Of a stretch of DNA of 29,702 nucleotides, positions 26,766 to 29,702 are shown in pieces. This DNA comes from Bacteroides sp. (lineage in GTDB: Bacteria; Bacteroidota; Bacteroidia; Bacteroidales; Bacteroidaceae). Location of the stretch: the NCBI GenBank assembly GCA_019417975.1, contig DYCT01000001.1, positions 2,932 to 32,633 of the forward strand, written 5' to 3'. Position 1 is the first letter of the stretch, and each line of letters starts with the position of its first letter. Position numbers and translations under genes: made by a program. A model generated the notes under the pieces. The model did not search any database. It worked only from the letters and a program-made list of their open reading frames with translations, and had not been told where the DNA came from.

Positions 26766-27476
26766 TCAGAGTTTGCGGATGACGTATTCGGCCAAATAAC
26801 AGCCAAACACGGCCGGCATATAGCTGATGGTTCCGGTTGTTGATTTTTTGTTTGCTTCGTTGTCGGTCAGTAGGATTGCTTCAGGATGTGCCTGCTCGGT
26901 ACTGAATACGACAGGAACGTGTCTTTTTACGCCCATTTTTTGCAGGCGTTTGCGTACCGCTTTGCTTAGTCCGCAATGGTAAGTATTCCAAAGGTCTGCA
27001 AAGCGTACTTGTGTGATGTCTGTTTTGGCTCCGGCCCCCATGCTGCATACAATTTTCAGTTTGCGTTGCAGGGCATGGTAGATGAGGTAGCATTTGGGAC
27101 TGATGGTGTCGATGGCATCTACTACGAAATCAAATGAAGTAGAGTCGAGTAGCTCCGGTATTCCCTCGTCTTTTAGATAGACAGGCAAAATGTGTAGTTG
27201 TACATCGGGATTGATGTCTTTCAGACGATTGGCCAAGACCTCCACTTTGGGTAGTCCCAAGGTAGAGTGCAGCGCAGGTAGCTGGCGGTTGATGTTGGTA
27301 GGTTGAACAGTGTCGGCATCTACCAGCGTCAGTTGTCCTACGCCTGCTCGGCAGAGCATCTCTGCTGCATAAGCGCCTACACCTCCTACACCTACCACAA
27401 GGACGTGAGCTTGTTTCAAGCGTTGCATTTTCTCTTCACCCAAAAGCAGGGTGGTGCGTTGTTGCCAGTTTTCCAT
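26766..27476 (-). CDS. tcdA: tRNA threonylcarbamoyladenosine dehydratase (ThiF/E1-like)
   Basis: [46 protein letters not shown]. Confidence 0.9.
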   Translation of the reverse strand: MENWQQRTTLLLGEEKMQRLKQAHVLVVGVGGVGAYAAEMLCRAGVGQLTLVDADTVQPTNINRQLPALHSTLGLPKVEVLANRLKDINPDVQLHILPVYLKDEGIPELLDSTSFDFVVDAIDTISPKCYLIYHALQRKLKIVCSMGAGAKTDITQVRFADLWNTYHCGLSKAVRKRLQKMGVKRHVPVVFSTEQAHPEAILLTDNEANKKSTTGTISYMPAVFGCYLAEYVIRKL

Positions 27477-27479
27477 CTG

Positions 27480-29612
27480 CTAATTCTTTTTAAACCAATT
27501 ATAGATACGTTTGCCCAAAGCTTCGTAGTTGATAGCCTCGCTGTGGTTGCGTGGTTCGCTGAATGAGAAAATTTCTTCCGGATCACCGTATTGGTCGGGA
27601 TAGAGAATCAGCAAACTATTGTTGAGGAAATATTTGCTGATAAGCGAGGGCAGCGTGTCGAGCGATGTAGTATAGGAAATGCCACTCGGACGTGCGCTGA
27701 CGATAGCCAGCAGGTGGTCGTAGCTTACTTCTCGGGTGAGCAAGAGCAGGTCGTCCCAGTTGTCGAGTAGTGTAAATTCTGTAGGAGTTGCCTCAAATTC
27801 TTTATGTACCAGTCGCTCTATCTGTTGCAGTGTGGCTTCTTCGGCAAAGAAATGTATTCGGCATCCCAGCTGGCTTCCCATGCGGCAGAAGTGTTCTACC
27901 CATCGTCTGAAGCCCGGTTCGTATTCGGCTTTGGGAGGTGCTACTACGATGACGCGGCGGAGGGTATTTACCGGAATCAGGAATTTGGCAATCATGATTT
28001 GGCGGTGTGTACCTTTCAACAGGTGTTCGGTCAGTGTACCGAAAAACGAGTCTACAATGTTGGCTTTGCGGTGCAGACCGATGACGACATCTGTCACGTT
28101 GTATTCCTTCATGGTGTGGATGATACCCGAAGCGATGTTGAGGTCGTAGCGGCTCACTGTGCGTACGGCTACATCGGCCGAGGCAGCTACCATGGCGGTA
28201 CGTTCCAAGTTTCGTTTCCCTTGCAGTTCTTTGCTTTCCGAGTTATTGTTATCGTTTATCACGTTCAGGGCAATCAGGCTATCTTTACTGCGAGGCTCTT
28301 TGATGACCAAGGCCAGATTGATAAGGTCATCGATTGTTTCGGGGTTTGATACCGGAATCAATATTTGCTGTTTCTCTTTTTGAGCATCGTGGTTGAGCAG
28401 GCTTTCTTCTTTGACGGCAATGCGACGAGCGGCCCGTTCGGTTATCAAGGAGCTGATGATGCAGGTAAACAGAATCATTACCACTGTCCCGTTGAGAACA
28501 TCGTCGTTGAGCAGACGTTCGCCGTTCTCAAGGATAATGTCGTGACCAATCAGTACGGCAGCCAGTGTGGCAGCAGCTTGTGCATTACTCAGGCCGAACA
28601 TCATGCTGCGTTCCTCGGGGGCCATTCTGTAGAGCTTTTGGGTAATCCAAGCGGCCAGCCATTTGCTGAATGTTGCTACAACCGTCATTACGATAGCCAC
28701 TTTCAGAGCTTCACCTCCGGCGAAAAGGCTTCGTACGTCGATAATCATACCTACACCGATAAGGAAGTAAGGAATGAAGAGGGCGTTTCCGACAAACTCC
28801 AATCTGTTCATCAGTGGCGATACGTGTGGAATCAGCCTGTTCAGTACCAGTCCGGCTAAAAAGGCGCCTAAAATACCTTCCATACCGGCATATTTCATCA
28901 AGCCTCCACCTAAGAATACCATAGCCAGTACAAAGACAAAATGCATGACACTGTCATCGTATTTGCGGAAGAACCAGCGGCCGATGCGTGGAAAGAAAAA
29001 TATAATCAGAAAGCCGAGAGAGATGACTTTGAGCAGTAACAACCCCCAGTAGAGCCCGTCGTTGTTTCCTTTATACATACCGCTGATGACAGCCAGTACG
29101 AGCAAAGCCAAAGCCACTGTGATGGCTGTTCCGCCAATGGTGATGCTTACGCTGCGTAGACGCGAGAGTCCAAAACGGCTTACAATGGGGTAGGCTATCA
29201 GTGTATGAGAGGCATACATACTTGCCAATAGAGCCGATGTGACAAAACTGAAGCCCAAGAGCGACATACTGCTCCATATTCCTAAAAGCATGGGGATTAT
29301 GAAGGTGAACAGGCCGAATACCAAGGCTTTGACGCGGTTTTTCTTGAAGTCTTCCATGTCCATCTCCAGTCCGGCCAGAAACATGATGTAGTAGAGCCCT
29401 ACTTTTCCGAACAATTCGAAACTGCTGTCGCGCTCTAAAATGTTGAATCCGTATTCTCCGATGATAACACCGGCGAGAATCATGCCGATGATGTGTGGGA
29501 TGTGCAGGCGTCCCAGTATCATAGGAGCAAAAAGAATGATGATGAGCACCAAGAAGAATATCCATGTAGGATCGGTGATAGGTAGCTGTAGGCCGGGGAT
29601 GATAGCTGACAT
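27480..29612 (-). CDS. Cation:proton antiporter (CPA2/KefB-like) with USP-like C-terminal domain
   Basis: Many N-terminal TMs with MFLAGLE, ILGAFLAG, FIPYFLIGVG; soluble ILIPVSNPET..VVIGLH domain. Confidence 0.9.
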   Translation of the reverse strand: MSAIIPGLQLPITDPTWIFFLVLIIILFAPMILGRLHIPHIIGMILAGVIIGEYGFNILERDSSFELFGKVGLYYIMFLAGLEMDMEDFKKNRVKALVFGLFTFIIPMLLGIWSSMSLLGFSFVTSALLASMYASHTLIAYPIVSRFGLSRLRSVSITIGGTAITVALALLVLAVISGMYKGNNDGLYWGLLLLKVISLGFLIIFFFPRIGRWFFRKYDDSVMHFVFVLAMVFLGGGLMKYAGMEGILGAFLAGLVLNRLIPHVSPLMNRLEFVGNALFIPYFLIGVGMIIDVRSLFAGGEALKVAIVMTVVATFSKWLAAWITQKLYRMAPEERSMMFGLSNAQAAATLAAVLIGHDIILENGERLLNDDVLNGTVVMILFTCIISSLITERAARRIAVKEESLLNHDAQKEKQQILIPVSNPETIDDLINLALVIKEPRSKDSLIALNVINDNNNSESKELQGKRNLERTAMVAASADVAVRTVSRYDLNIASGIIHTMKEYNVTDVVIGLHRKANIVDSFFGTLTEHLLKGTHRQIMIAKFLIPVNTLRRVIVVAPPKAEYEPGFRRWVEHFCRMGSQLGCRIHFFAEEATLQQIERLVHKEFEATPTEFTLLDNWDDLLLLTREVSYDHLLAIVSARPSGISYTTSLDTLPSLISKYFLNNSLLILYPDQYGDPEEIFSFSEPRNHSEAINYEALGKRIYNWFKKN

Positions 29613-29648
29613 GTCTGACGATATTTATGCTGTTTGAATGATTAGATG

Positions 29649-29656
29649 CAAAAGTA
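29649..29656 (-). promoter_or_regulatory. -7 promoter box for the antiporter-tcdA-LolD-like gene run
   Basis: Reverse complement TACTTTTG matches TAnnTTTG. Confidence 0.6.
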
Positions 29657-29702
29657 CAACAAAGAAACGAAAGTCTGTTAAGATACCTCGCAATTTATCT
29701 TA

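Overview
Bacteroidales (Bacteroides/Phocaeicola-like) chromosomal window, judged from gene content and recurrent TAnnTTTG -7 promoter boxes. Bases 1-6030 look like the distal end of a surface-polysaccharide locus with two GT2 glycosyltransferases. Between those two genes sits a lower-GC two-gene cassette with its own promoter box: a soluble ABC/AAA_15-type ATPase overlapping a small PD-(D/E)xK-like protein. A 238-nt intergenic stretch packed with hairpins follows it. Next come a 42-aa membrane ORF missed by the ORF track and an SF2 DEAH helicase with WG-repeat-like C-terminal modules. The rest (6093-29612) is mostly core housekeeping: rnr, THUMP RNA methyltransferase, S9 peptidase, purD, DedA/YqaA, mnmD, metal ABC components, LOG, hemD, rnpA-yidD-TatD, tyrS, tRNA-Gln(TTG), a GldA-like ABC ATPase, pdxB, RNase HI, VanZ, ComEA-like, LolD-like, tcdA and a cation:proton antiporter. 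The best candidate for an undescribed system is the ATPase + putative nuclease cassette with its possible structured RNA (662-2690). No transposase, integrase, CRISPR array or reverse transcriptase was seen. All family calls come from motif recognition by eye; no database search was run.
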